Source: an uncultured Phycisphaerales bacterium
GTDB taxonomy: Bacteria; Planctomycetota; Phycisphaerae; Sedimentisphaerales; Anaerobacaceae
Direction of reading: 5' to 3'
Length of the DNA stretch: 64,000 nt
Assembly: GCA_963718665.1 (NCBI GenBank)
Contig: OY970359.1
Coordinates: 256,001-320,000 of the forward strand
Both the position numbers and the translations under genes were made by a program. The notes under the pieces were generated by a model that was not told the origin of the DNA, did not search any database, and saw only the letters and a list, made by a program, of their open reading frames with translations. Of the stretch, positions 31,733 through 42,484 are shown in pieces (the stretch's first letter is position 1; every line of letters starts with the position of its first letter).

Positions 31733-31802
31733 GCGGTTACAGCAATTTTTAACGCCGCGGGTAATTCAACGTAACGGTATGGTATTTGTAATTCAGCGCA
31801 AA
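31733..31802 (-). repeat. Direct-repeat remnant of the 3' end of the YkgJ-like gene (partner at 33344-33413)
   Basis: Encodes CAELQIPYRYVELPAALK versus CAELQIPYRYVELPVALK in the intact gene. Confidence 0.9.
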
Positions 31803-31813
31803 GGCGATGTGAT

Positions 31814-32986
31814 TTATGAGGGTGTTTTATCGGTATCATCCTTTTTGTGTATCGCTCCCCGCAGGCCTTCCATTTTCAAAAAACCCATCCACCAGACAAT
31901 AAGAAACGACACGAGGAAAATCACCGCACACACAACGAAGGCATATCTCGTTTGAATCATACTTGTTAGAATGCCTAAGAATGCATAAAGCCCGGCGAGC
32001 GCATAACATATACCGACTGTTCGATTCAAGGGTATGCCGCGGTCAATCATCTGGTCGTAAATATGGCCACGGTCCGAGACAAGTAAGGGCCTTTTATTGA
32101 TAAGCCGTCTCAGTAAGGCGGTTCCTGTGTCTAATATCGGCAGTCCGAACACGACTATTGACGCTACCCACCAGCGAGGGACTATGCGGGCGAACAGCAT
32201 CATAATCGCGGCTGATACAAAGCCGAGCAACATAGAGCCGGCATCGCCCATAAATATCTTGGCGGGATGTCGATTGAAAGGCAGAAACCCACAAACTCCA
32301 CCTACAAGTGCAAGGCAGACGATAATCCTGACTATATCGCCCTGCTCGCTGAAAGCGAATGTGGAACGACGGATTGCAAGAATCAGCATCCCGACGGTGA
32401 CTATAACGGTTACTTCCCCGCACAAACCATCAAGACCGTCTAACAAATTCAGCGAGTTGGTGGCCCCAAGAACAAAGAAAATAATAATCGGAATACCAAT
32501 CACTATTTCGGTGGTATCCGACATCGTTTGCCAGCCAAAAGATTTAACAATCTCACTCAGGTCCGGCTGGATTTCTGCCAGCATAATGGGTATTGCGGCA
32601 ATAATCTGACCAAGCATCTTCTTACCGGGACTGATATCGAGAATATCATCGACAATGCCGACAAAACAGGCTATGGCAGCTCCGGCGAGAATACCGAAAA
32701 GCCATCGCATCACATCCGACAGGACATTTTGACCTCGGATAATATAAATACCGCATAGTGCACCGACGATAAAACCAGCCAGCACCCCCACGCCTCCCAG
32801 ATAAGCAACCGGCTTTTTATGTGTTTTGACGAGGTTGTCGGGCTTGTCAACTATGTTGAACCGAAGCGCAATAGCTTTGCATAACCATGTGGCAATCAGC
32901 GCAAAAACAAAAGATAACACCAGCACAGGCAAAAACTGCACATACCAATCGAACGACCTTTTGGACCCCAGAAAATCGTCCAGCAT
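31814..32986 (-). CDS. MraY/WecA-family polyprenyl-phosphate HexNAc-1-phosphate transferase
   Basis: GIVDD, NSLNLLDGLDGL, IFMGDAGS, DRGHI; multiple TM segments. Confidence 0.92.
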   Translation of the reverse strand: MLDDFLGSKRSFDWYVQFLPVLVLSFVFALIATWLCKAIALRFNIVDKPDNLVKTHKKPVAYLGGVGVLAGFIVGALCGIYIIRGQNVLSDVMRWLFGILAGAAIACFVGIVDDILDISPGKKMLGQIIAAIPIMLAEIQPDLSEIVKSFGWQTMSDTTEIVIGIPIIIFFVLGATNSLNLLDGLDGLCGEVTVIVTVGMLILAIRRSTFAFSEQGDIVRIIVCLALVGGVCGFLPFNRHPAKIFMGDAGSMLLGFVSAAIMMLFARIVPRWWVASIVVFGLPILDTGTALLRRLINKRPLLVSDRGHIYDQMIDRGIPLNRTVGICYALAGLYAFLGILTSMIQTRYAFVVCAVIFLVSFLIVWWMGFLKMEGLRGAIHKKDDTDKTPS

Positions 32987-33270
32987 ATCCTTTTTATCCA
33001 GCCCTGTCCTGGCAGGCCGCTAAAAAAGCCCGTCGAAGGCATAAAATCGATGAACTATGAGAGATACGACCCTTGTTAATAAGTTGGTATTTCCCAATAT
33101 TAAACGCCTGGCTACGCAACCAAGCATTTCGGTTCAACGTTCCTTGTTAATCATAAGACGCCTCTATGCCCTTTGCCCCCCAGCGGTTCGACTCGGCTCA
33201 CTGGAGCTCAAAGGCAAATGCTATTATACACATCAGGGCTTGAAAGAAAAAGGGATCAGTAGTAGTTTTT

Positions 33271-34317
33271 TTACTCTGTATTCTCTGCTGCCTGCCCTGA
33301 GCTTGCCTGTGGTGAGCTTTTCGAACCAGCCGAAAGGCACTCCGCGGTCACAACACCCTTCAACGCCACGGGTAATTCAACATATCGGTATGGTATTTGT
33401 AATTCAGCGCAAACGGCCTTGAATTTTTTAATGGCCCCCTCCGTCAGTTCGCTTTGAAACGTCGCTTTGCCTTTGCAGCAGAAAATCCTGCATCCGGAAA
33501 AGCGGTAAGCGTGAACGCCGCATTTTCCGTCAACCTGATAGCGGCATCGGCCACCTACCATTTGCTTTATATTCGCGATGCCAAGCTTCTCGACGAAAAA
33601 AACAAGCTCAGGCGTGGTAACATACAGGCGATGGTCATATTGCTCAAAATCACAGCACTTACCACAGGCGGCACAATGACCCGCAATATCCTTATTGGCG
33701 AGCTGCTGCTGTTCAATCCACTTATAAATTTCGCTCACCCGCGCAATGATCTGGGCGTTTTTCTCATTTCCATCCTTCGCAGTAGCTCCATTACCTGCAT
33801 TTGGGCCCTCTGAAGAAGTTTTGCCAGGTTGAATGGAAGACCGGTCTTCGTCGGGACTGCTACGGAGGACGGGCCGCCACCACTTATTATTTTTCTTTTT
33901 ATCTCGTATCTGTTCGGGGCTGTGTAACCCACCTCGATTTATACCCGGGCACGTCTGGCCGGTAGAATTCCAGGTATCCGGGCTGACTAAATTGTGCTCC
34001 CAGAAAGGCCAGTTCCGGCACTGCGCAGGGCGAACATCGTAAATCGCACAACCTCTGCCCTGTTTGGTTTGTTGCAGGAATACGCAATCCCGCGTATGCG
34101 GATTCTCGACAATCGTCATCCGCAAACCCACACGCCTCAAAAACTTTTGCTTCAATTCTTTGGCCGGCATTTTCAAAAAATCGGCTATCAGCCGGATTTC
34201 AGGCCTGCTTAGCCATATATACCCCTGCTCAGGCCCGGCGCAGCAACGCCCGCACTGCAAACACTCGAAGTGCAGCCCGGCCGAGTACCACGTATTTTTA
34301 CTATTACCGCGATTCAT
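33271..34317 (-). CDS. Protein with two YkgJ/CxxCxxCC cysteine-cluster domains
   Basis: CLQCGRCC...CVFL...CAIYDVRPAQCR, then CAACGKCC...CRY...CGVHAYRFSGCR. Confidence 0.85.
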   Translation of the reverse strand: MNRGNSKNTWYSAGLHFECLQCGRCCAGPEQGYIWLSRPEIRLIADFLKMPAKELKQKFLRRVGLRMTIVENPHTRDCVFLQQTKQGRGCAIYDVRPAQCRNWPFWEHNLVSPDTWNSTGQTCPGINRGGLHSPEQIRDKKKNNKWWRPVLRSSPDEDRSSIQPGKTSSEGPNAGNGATAKDGNEKNAQIIARVSEIYKWIEQQQLANKDIAGHCAACGKCCDFEQYDHRLYVTTPELVFFVEKLGIANIKQMVGGRCRYQVDGKCGVHAYRFSGCRIFCCKGKATFQSELTEGAIKKFKAVCAELQIPYRYVELPVALKGVVTAECLSAGSKSSPQASSGQAAENTE

Positions 34318-34727
34318 AGCAACTATTTTACCACAGAGCGGGATTAAGAGTTTTAAGTTTTTGGTTTTGCACCCCACTGCTTCGCTTTGCGAAGCAAAGC
34401 GTGGGGGCGTGAGTTTTGAGGTGAGAATGCGTCGATTAAATGCTTTAGCGGCGCCATTCCGCTTTGCGGACCATAAGGGGAGGCATAAGATGCAGCCGGG
34501 ATTTGTGATGTCTGGGGCTGCCGAAACACCGGCTGCTCGGATACCAGCGTATCGTCATAAGCTCCGGCTTAATCGCCAACTTGCCTGTTTTTGCTGTGCC
34601 AACCATCGTTAAATCCCTGCTAATATATCTGCACGAAGTTTGCTGCTGATGGTATCGACTAAAACAGGCGTTCACTTAATCTGTTTAATTTCCCGCATTA
34701 TAGGACGCTGCCGCCTCGACCTGGGGC

Positions 34728-35336
34728 TTAGAATATCTCACCGAGGTTACCCTGCGTGTTTTTCCAGCCGGCGGGCTGTAAATCAATTGTGAGAATCTCC
34801 GTCCTGCTGAAAAACCACTCGCCGGCCTCTTTTGTCAAATTCGCCTCAAGCTTAAAAAGCATCATCTTGCGGTATTCGTAAACAGGCCCCTTGGGGTCAA
34901 ACATAACACGGGCGGTAAACTCAACCTTCGCCTCGGAAGGTTTGATATCAAGGGAAACAATCGCAGGCACAATCTTTTCAATTACCGGCTCCGAAAGCCG
35001 CCATTTGAAATGATCCAGCAGTTCCTGTTTGGATGGATGAATCGAGTCGCTGTAATTTTCCCAAATCAACGGCTCAATCGCTCTTATATCTTCCTTCTCG
35101 ACCGCCCTGCACGCCTTGGCGAGAACTGCCTCTATCTTCTCCTTGTCGGTCTGGACCAGATAATCAATCGCAAAAGCCGCTATCGCGATAACCACGGGTA
35201 AAAGCCAGAATAACCAAGCCCGCCTGGGCGGCAGCAAATCGCGAAAAAACGCCACCACCAGAAAAACCACACCCGCCACAATCAGCAGCAGCCACGGCTG
35301 TTCAAATATATTTGTCATTGGCTCACCTCCGGCCAA
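34728..35336 (-). CDS. Hypothetical protein (2 TM plus possible NTF2-like domain)
   Basis: ORF directly downstream of surE; hydrophobic N-terminus. Confidence 0.7.
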   Translation of the reverse strand: MAGGEPMTNIFEQPWLLLIVAGVVFLVVAFFRDLLPPRRAWLFWLLPVVIAIAAFAIDYLVQTDKEKIEAVLAKACRAVEKEDIRAIEPLIWENYSDSIHPSKQELLDHFKWRLSEPVIEKIVPAIVSLDIKPSEAKVEFTARVMFDPKGPVYEYRKMMLFKLEANLTKEAGEWFFSRTEILTIDLQPAGWKNTQGNLGEIF

Positions 35337-35344
35337 TATCTCAA

Positions 35345-36106
35345 TTACCCCGGCAGGTCCAGCTTCACAAGCGATTTTCGAATTTGCTTTGTCCTGTCGT
35401 AATCGGTAACGTCCGGCGCCAAAGCCGTAACGCTAATGTACCCTTCCATCAGGGCCATCATATCCGTCGATGGGTCATCAAACGGCCCAGGCCCGCCCGC
35501 AAGCTGATAAACCGTCTGGCCTTTCTCATCAATCTGCGGCTGATAATACTCATCGAACGCCTTGTTCGACTGGGGCACAACCTTAATTCCCCGTGGTCTG
35601 CCCGCCGAAAGCCGCGGTATATTTATATTGACGAGAGCTCCTGTCTTTACAGGCATAAGCTTTTTAAGGATGTGCATACAATACCCGGCGGCGGTATCGT
35701 AATCCATCTTCTCCTCCGCCGCCAAGCTCGTTGCCACCGACGGTATGCCAAGAAGCACCCCTTCCATCGCCGCCGCGACCGTTCCCGAATAATAAATGTT
35801 AATCCCGGCGTTTGCGCCGTTGTTTATCCCCGCGACCAAAAGCTCAATCGGTTTGGCGCACAACTGCATCGCCGCGAGCTTGACGCAATCGGCGGGCGAC
35901 CCCTCGATGCTGTAACCTGAAAAAAGACCGTTCACATCGACCTTGCTGCAAACCACAGGCCTGTTGAAAGTAATACTGTGGCTTGCGCCCGACTTGCTCG
36001 CCGCGGGCGCGACAACCGTTACCTCGCCGATTTTCACAAGCTCTTTGTATATCGCCGAAAGCCCCGGCGCAAATATCCCGTCATCGTTGGTCAGTAGTAT
36101 GTTCAT
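35345..36106 (-). CDS. surE: 5'/3'-nucleotidase SurE
   Basis: ILLTNDDG, SGASHS, GSPADC, GINNGAN, YSGTVAAA. Confidence 0.97.
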   Translation of the reverse strand: MNILLTNDDGIFAPGLSAIYKELVKIGEVTVVAPAASKSGASHSITFNRPVVCSKVDVNGLFSGYSIEGSPADCVKLAAMQLCAKPIELLVAGINNGANAGINIYYSGTVAAAMEGVLLGIPSVATSLAAEEKMDYDTAAGYCMHILKKLMPVKTGALVNINIPRLSAGRPRGIKVVPQSNKAFDEYYQPQIDEKGQTVYQLAGGPGPFDDPSTDMMALMEGYISVTALAPDVTDYDRTKQIRKSLVKLDLPG

Positions 36107-36155
36107 ATTTTTCTGTTGATTATTGATTATTGATGATTGATTATCAATACTGATT

Positions 36156-36866
36156 ATGAAAAAGTTTCAGCCGGACCAGAAGTGTTTATTGATGAGCAGA
36201 GACGAGGGGCGGGCATTCGACGCATGGGCAATCAACGAGCTGGGCATACCGGGCATCGTGCTGATGGAAAACGCGGGCAGAGGATGCGCACAGTTTATCA
36301 TCGAAACACTTTCCAAAATTAAAAAGCCCGTGGTCTGCATTTTCTGCGGAACCGGCAACAACGGCGGCGACGGTTTCGTCATCGCAAGGCACCTCTTCAA
36401 CGCGGGCTTTGCCGTAACAGTCGTGGTATGCGGCAGCATCAACAAAATCAGGGGCGACGCCAAAATCAATCTCGATATACTCACCCGTCTCGGTTTAAAA
36501 ATCGAACGGCTGGATATGGAAGACGCAGAGGCAATCGACGCCAGCGTTACCAAACTCGCCGGCGAAGCCAATATGATTATCGACGCCATATTCGGAACAG
36601 GGCTTATCGGGGCACTGCGTGATGAATACAAACGGCTGATTGAAAGCATAAATGAGCTCGGCTGCCCCGTCCTCTCCGTTGATATTCCCTCGGGCCTGGA
36701 TTGCGATACGGGTCTGCCGCTCGGCGCATCGATAAAAGCCAATTGCACCATTACCTTCGTCGCGGTCAAAAAGGGATTTGTTTTCGAAAACGCCCGGGCA
36801 TATACGGGCGATATATTCGTCGCCTCGATTGGCGTCGAACCCAAACACGGGTCGTCGCAGAAATAA
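36156..36866 (+). CDS. nnrE: NAD(P)H-hydrate epimerase (YjeF N-terminal domain only)
   Basis: LMENAG, CGTGNNGGDG, DAIFGTG, VDIPSG. Confidence 0.92.
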   Translation: MKKFQPDQKCLLMSRDEGRAFDAWAINELGIPGIVLMENAGRGCAQFIIETLSKIKKPVVCIFCGTGNNGGDGFVIARHLFNAGFAVTVVVCGSINKIRGDAKINLDILTRLGLKIERLDMEDAEAIDASVTKLAGEANMIIDAIFGTGLIGALRDEYKRLIESINELGCPVLSVDIPSGLDCDTGLPLGASIKANCTITFVAVKKGFVFENARAYTGDIFVASIGVEPKHGSSQK

Positions 36867-36904
36867 TAGCTTAACCTGTTACTTCAATCTGTGAAATCTG
36901 TGGT

Positions 36905-38350
36905 TTAAAACGCCCCGGGATTGCCCGCCTGCGTCTTGTACCCGATGAAATACAGGAATCTGTCCGCGTTCAGTATCGGTATCGATAACGCCTGTGCCTG
37001 GCTCTGAATATCCTTGTACTTAGCTGCCTGCTGCACCGCACGCTCGTATTTCTCCATCGCGTTGGGGTACTTTTCCGTCTCCTGCATTGTCGGCTTCGAC
37101 GGCACCACGGGCGGCGTCCCCAGAATCACGTAATCCGTATTCACAGTCACAGTGTCGGCAACCTTGCCGCCCCACTTCTCCACCAGGCCGCGTATCTTCG
37201 CGATAGCGTCATCATCAATAATCCCGTCGCCGTTGAGGTCGAAATCGCCCGCGACCACAAAAGTATTCGCCTTCGTCGGCGACCAGATAAGATTCGCGAT
37301 TATATCGTCAGCAAGAATCGGGTTTTTCTTGTCGGAACGAATAATTCTCGCCGCCGAGAAACTGTCCCCGATGCTGTAAACCTCTATCTCGGCTTTTCCT
37401 TTGCCGTTCCTCGGAATGGGCTGGCCCCTGTCGTAAACCGCAAAAGTAAGGCCGCGGTAAATATGGTCATTAGTGCCAAGATTAATTTGCACAGTTTTGG
37501 CCTGGTCATCGACCAGAATTATCTTTCCAGCCGGCTCAAACGCCTTTATCTCCGTCTCCGGCGGCGGCTGAATGGGCCACACACTTTCCTTTAATATCTT
37601 CTGAATGCGGTCCTGAGCCATCTGAAGCTCCGCCTGGCTCTTCAATAACTGCTTGTTAGTTTCCTCCCGGGCCGTTTTTTCCTGGTCGAGCTTGCCATAC
37701 AGGTCTTTAACCTGTTCATCGCTCTTTTTCTCAAGCAGCGCCTTCAGCTCATCATAGCCCGTCCGAACCTTGTCAAATTGCTGCTGTAACCTGTCCTTTT
37801 CCGCCAGCAGCATATTTTCTTTTTCCATACTGACTTTTTTCGCGTCGTCAAACTGCGCCTGAAGATTATTAAGCTGTTCCTTTACGGCCGACTCAGATGC
37901 CTGGGTATTTGCCAGCGAGACGTTCAGTTTGTCCGCCACCTCAAGCAAAGTCAAGTTCGGGTCAATGTCGTTCATTTCAGGATATTGTTTCGCTACCGCG
38001 GCAATTATTTCTTTTACCTTCGCCTTCGCCTCACTAACCTTGACTTCCGCCGACTTATCGCCCGGCAAACCAGGTAATATCAATGACACCGCCTGGTCGA
38101 GATAGTCCGTCATCACCTTCAGCTTGCTCTTGCCGGGTTGCTCAGAGCCGATAATGGCCCCTATCTTCTGCTGCTCAGCGGAAGTCGCAAACTCGCTTAG
38201 CCTCTTTTGCGCCGCCTCGGCAAGACCCCGCTGTTCTTCGAATTTTAAATAGTAGATGACCCCCGCCGTTGCTGCTATAATAAACAACGTCACAAATGCT
38301 ATCAGGGCGTAAAGGGTACTGTCAGCCGAGCTCTTTTTGCCGATTGGCAT
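36905..38350 (-). CDS. Membrane-anchored coiled-coil protein with C-terminal BRCT-like domain
   Basis: N-terminal TM, long coiled coil, FVVAGDF...WGGKVADTVTVNTDYVILG. Confidence 0.7.
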   Translation of the reverse strand: MPIGKKSSADSTLYALIAFVTLFIIAATAGVIYYLKFEEQRGLAEAAQKRLSEFATSAEQQKIGAIIGSEQPGKSKLKVMTDYLDQAVSLILPGLPGDKSAEVKVSEAKAKVKEIIAAVAKQYPEMNDIDPNLTLLEVADKLNVSLANTQASESAVKEQLNNLQAQFDDAKKVSMEKENMLLAEKDRLQQQFDKVRTGYDELKALLEKKSDEQVKDLYGKLDQEKTAREETNKQLLKSQAELQMAQDRIQKILKESVWPIQPPPETEIKAFEPAGKIILVDDQAKTVQINLGTNDHIYRGLTFAVYDRGQPIPRNGKGKAEIEVYSIGDSFSAARIIRSDKKNPILADDIIANLIWSPTKANTFVVAGDFDLNGDGIIDDDAIAKIRGLVEKWGGKVADTVTVNTDYVILGTPPVVPSKPTMQETEKYPNAMEKYERAVQQAAKYKDIQSQAQALSIPILNADRFLYFIGYKTQAGNPGAF

Positions 38351-38503
38351 AACTACAACTCCTCAGAAATTAGTAAAAAACCTTGGTTTTCAAGGCCTAT
38401 AAGCATTATATTATCGTCAGAAAGTTACCCAAAGTCAACAAAAAAACCGGCTGAAAGTAAATCTGGGCAAGAGTTGTCGGCTCTGTGAATTGGAACGGTG
38501 ATT

Positions 38504-39235
38504 ATGGCAGTTGAGCGATTACAAAAGATATTATCGGCCTCTGGCGTAGCGTCACGCCGAAAATGCGAGGAAATAATCCTCGAAGGCCTCGTCTCCGTAA
38601 ACGGCAAGGTAGTTGATACCATCCCTGCCTTCGCAGACCTCGACAAGGACACCATAATCGCCGCGGGCAAACGAATTAAGCCCCAGCCAAAGATTTATTT
38701 CCTGCTAAATAAGCCCAAAGGCGTCATCTGCACCAATTTTGACCCACAGGGCAGGACCAAGGCAATCGACCTAATCCCCACACGCCATCGAATCTTCTGT
38801 GTTGGCCGGCTCGACGTTGATACGCCCGGTCTGATTATCCTAACCAACGATAACGACCTCGCCAACCGCCTCACCCACCCAAAATATGGTCTCACCAAAA
38901 CCTACCTCGCCGAAGTCAAAGGACGAATCGAAGGCGAACACGTCGAAAAACTCAACAAGGGCATCTGGCTTTCCGAGGGCAAATCCTCCCATACCGCCGT
39001 CAGGATACTAAAGCGGGGACATCAAAGTTCACTCATTGAGGTAAGTATTACCGAACGCCTCAACCGTGAAGTCCGAAGAATGTTAGCTCGCGTGGGGCTA
39101 CCCGTCAAATCCCTCAGGCGCACCGGCATCGGCAAAATCTCAGACCGCGGCCTCGGCATAGGCCAATTCCGACTCCTCACACACTCCGAAGTCAACTACC
39201 TCCGAAAATCCACCGCCGACAAAACGCCCGGCTAA
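38504..39235 (+). CDS. rluB: rRNA pseudouridine synthase (RluB/RsuA family)
   Basis: ERLQKILSASGVASRR S4 domain, LNKPKG, VGRLD. Confidence 0.85.
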   Translation: MAVERLQKILSASGVASRRKCEEIILEGLVSVNGKVVDTIPAFADLDKDTIIAAGKRIKPQPKIYFLLNKPKGVICTNFDPQGRTKAIDLIPTRHRIFCVGRLDVDTPGLIILTNDNDLANRLTHPKYGLTKTYLAEVKGRIEGEHVEKLNKGIWLSEGKSSHTAVRILKRGHQSSLIEVSITERLNREVRRMLARVGLPVKSLRRTGIGKISDRGLGIGQFRLLTHSEVNYLRKSTADKTPG

Positions 39236-42000
39236 GGCGGCAGCGTAACCACATCGCTTCCGCTGAAACCGCCAAAAACAATACCGAAGTCCGTAACACC
39301 GGCATCGGCTGGGAAATCGGTCTTCTTTATCGTCAGGGTAAACGTGCATTTGTTGAAATCAAAAGTCGCAGCGGCAATGCCTATAAGGTTGGAAGAAACA
39401 TCATACAATTTCACATTTGAGCAGGTGAATTTGCCTTTGGTGTCTTTGAAGTTACCGGCTGGTATCGTAAAGGTCTGTGAGCCAACGGTAATATTGAGTT
39501 GATAAGTAAGCAGACTCACATCATTAACGTTTTCATCGGAGAACCCGCCGCTGACAGCAACCTGGGTAATATCGCCGGTGTTCTTATTGCGTGTGAATTT
39601 TGATTTATCAACCCGCAGCGAGTTTTTAACACCCATCAAAAGGTTAATGGGTATGGGTTTTCCGCCGTTGACTATCGTCTCATTGACACTCGTCTCGGCA
39701 TTATAATCGTCGATTCCAATTTGGACGGTTAATGGGCACGACAAGCCCAACAAGTCAACGTTCTTGGCCGTAAATGAAAACGTTGACGTATTTGTATTGA
39801 AGACAAACGACGTCTTCGAAGGTTTATTGGTTATCGTGCTGCTGAATTTGTAGTTCTTAAAAGTCGTTGAATTCCTCGGGAAGACCTGGACAAAAGGATT
39901 GACCATATTTGCAGAATTGATGTCAACCACAATCCCGCTGGCGGCTGAAATCTCATCCACAGTGGCGTTTAGCGTCCCCGACAACGAAATCGCGTCGTTG
40001 TTATTACTGCCTGCCGTTACGGTGCATTTCTCGACCACGCATTTCCCTGCCACAGCCGTTGTGTTGATAATGGAGACCGGAACAATATCGCTCCAGCCCG
40101 TTTCACCATCTACATCCACAGACCTGGCCAAAATGACGTAATTACCGTTGCTGACCTGTGTCGTATCGAACGTGTATTCCCATTCCCCGCTCGTATCATT
40201 GAAATCAGCAGGCATATCCTCGTAACCAATCGGGACGCCGTCTCCGCTATTCGGCGAACGCAGGTAGAAATAAACCTCGCTTACAGGGTAATTACTGTCT
40301 GTCCAGGCCGTAAAAGTAACCTCGCCTGAAACACTGGAATTGAAGCTGCCTACGACGGGTATCGCGACGACATCCTGTGAGGAGACAAAATCTATCGCCC
40401 AGCAGTTCCCCGACGTCACCGCGCCATTCTGTGACTGGCCGGTGTTTGCTGTCTGGTCGGTAAATGAATGGCCGTAACTGGCAACGCTGATTGTATAGGT
40501 CGAATTCGACGGAACGTTGGCAAGGGCGTATATGCCATTGGTATTGGTTGTGGTCTGATATGTTCCGCCGCCGGTCATCACGGCGGTTACGGTCGCACCG
40601 GAAATCGGCGTATTGGTGTCGGCCGCCGTAACGCGCCCGCTTATAATTTCACCCGTGCCGCTGATATAAATGTTATAAATAGTGCTGTCAACAATTTCAA
40701 ACGAAGATGCTGTTGGGTCGATGCTCGCTGCATCGATATTCGGCAGGTTATACCAAACGTCATCATCGCCGTCCCAGCCCATATTCAGATGATGATACAG
40801 CGTCGAGCTTTGATATCCGTAACCATCGGCCACAACGGCGTGACCGTCGCCCTCGAAATCGGAAATGCCTAATATAACCGGGTTGCCGTAATCAAGATTT
40901 GGGTTAATCATTCCATCCAAGCCGTCTCCTATGTTGTCTATCTCATCACCACCTTTAATCGCGTTGCTGTAACCAAATGTGTCAACCATTGCTGTGGCAG
41001 CATCGCTAATATATGCACCGGAGCCGTCGGACTCGTAATCCATTTTAACGGCCACCCCGGCATCGTAGGTGAGATCGCCGATGGCTTCTCTCTGCGCCAG
41101 CGTTGTGCTGCAATCGGGAGCAAGCGGCATCTGACTCCAGTTATACGCCCCGCCGGAACCGTCGCCGCCGCGAAGATGCGCTGTCTGGGAAGCCCCATTG
41201 ACAGTAATCGTAAAACTCGGTGTCCCGACTCCGGACACAGGGTATTGCCAAAAACGCATATACTGCGCCATTGCCGTAGCCACACACCCGGCCGGATAAT
41301 TGCTCGGGTCCCCATTGCCATATCCCCCCGGCGTATAGTAGTTGTAGCACGCCCTATCGCTACTACATGAGATAACATCTTGTCCCCACTCGGTCTGAAG
41401 AAACGGCGAGACACGAACATCCGAAACACTGCTCACGGGCTCTGCCCCGGACACGGGGTGACCACCCCACCTGCCGAGCAATTCCGCCCATTTGGCGAAG
41501 GCCTTCTCTCCCGATTTATGCACCATGGCCTGCTGTTTTGTAAGGTCCCCCGTCGAATTGCCGGCGAGCAATTTTGCGTGAACCGACCGTGATACATTGA
41601 TTCTTGCGGGAATGTCCCGGCTGACTAATGCGCCAAGTGGATTACGAGCCGACGAGTCATAGCTGCCTCCCGATGAAAAACACACTATCGGCTCAACAAG
41701 GTCGTCCGCGGATACAACCACAAATCCGTTGGGCTTAAGAACAACAACGTAATAAACCGGCTGACCGTTGGAATCTGTAAATGTTTTAACGTTTTCAACC
41801 TCGCTGCCGAGCCGGCTGCCCATGGGCTTCGCTTCCTTCGCCAGCCATCCGTTTACCACCTCACGTGCCAAATTCGAAGGGACGGCCTTTGCCCATACTA
41901 TTGCGCACCACGACCCCTGCAGCACGAAAAAACACAATAACGACAACAGGTAAACCCTAATCGCAAAACACAAACGTAATATCTTTTTCATGTCTTTCAT
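39232..42000 (-). CDS. Secreted C10-family (streptopain-like) cysteine protease with prodomain and Ig-like C-terminal domains
   Basis: GFVVVSADD prodomain; WGQ, AGCVATAMAQ (Cys), GHAVVADGY (His), HLNMGW. Confidence 0.92.
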   Translation of the reverse strand: MKDMKKILRLCFAIRVYLLSLLCFFVLQGSWCAIVWAKAVPSNLAREVVNGWLAKEAKPMGSRLGSEVENVKTFTDSNGQPVYYVVVLKPNGFVVVSADDLVEPIVCFSSGGSYDSSARNPLGALVSRDIPARINVSRSVHAKLLAGNSTGDLTKQQAMVHKSGEKAFAKWAELLGRWGGHPVSGAEPVSSVSDVRVSPFLQTEWGQDVISCSSDRACYNYYTPGGYGNGDPSNYPAGCVATAMAQYMRFWQYPVSGVGTPSFTITVNGASQTAHLRGGDGSGGAYNWSQMPLAPDCSTTLAQREAIGDLTYDAGVAVKMDYESDGSGAYISDAATAMVDTFGYSNAIKGGDEIDNIGDGLDGMINPNLDYGNPVILGISDFEGDGHAVVADGYGYQSSTLYHHLNMGWDGDDDVWYNLPNIDAASIDPTASSFEIVDSTIYNIYISGTGEIISGRVTAADTNTPISGATVTAVMTGGGTYQTTTNTNGIYALANVPSNSTYTISVASYGHSFTDQTANTGQSQNGAVTSGNCWAIDFVSSQDVVAIPVVGSFNSSVSGEVTFTAWTDSNYPVSEVYFYLRSPNSGDGVPIGYEDMPADFNDTSGEWEYTFDTTQVSNGNYVILARSVDVDGETGWSDIVPVSIINTTAVAGKCVVEKCTVTAGSNNNDAISLSGTLNATVDEISAASGIVVDINSANMVNPFVQVFPRNSTTFKNYKFSSTITNKPSKTSFVFNTNTSTFSFTAKNVDLLGLSCPLTVQIGIDDYNAETSVNETIVNGGKPIPINLLMGVKNSLRVDKSKFTRNKNTGDITQVAVSGGFSDENVNDVSLLTYQLNITVGSQTFTIPAGNFKDTKGKFTCSNVKLYDVSSNLIGIAAATFDFNKCTFTLTIKKTDFPADAGVTDFGIVFGGFSGSDVVTLPP

Positions 42001-42484
42001 CGCATCGCTACCTAAGCAGCTTTGCCTCCGAATCCTATAAATATGGTTATGAACTACACCCCTTGTTATTTAACTCAAATACCCTCAATTTGTCAATAAC
42101 CTTTGCAAAAACAACACCCTAATTTATACTATTTACGCGTATCGTTCATTGGTTGTGCGGCTCGTTTCGTCCTGCCCTGGCTCGATGCCGAGGCGGACAA
42201 GTCGCAAATCATCAATTGGCTAATCCCCCGCCATCGACATAACTGTTTCAACGCTAAAAATGGCTTGCATTTGGCCCCCAAATCGGTTATAATAACCATT
42301 TAGGTTACGGAGCTTTTGTGCCCCCTAATCCAGGTGAAAATTAGTGGCGGGGTTATTGGGCGCTCACGCCGAAAAAACGTCGGTTTTTTGAAAATTCAGA
42401 CGGGTCGCGTGAATTTGGCAAAAACGCACGGATGCGCAATAATCACTTTTCGGACTTGTCCGACAAGTTGGAGAGCAAACACTT

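Noticed and set aside
31733..33413. Repeat pair as DGR template/variable regions
   Set aside because: The differences are not adenine-specific and no reverse transcriptase gene is present
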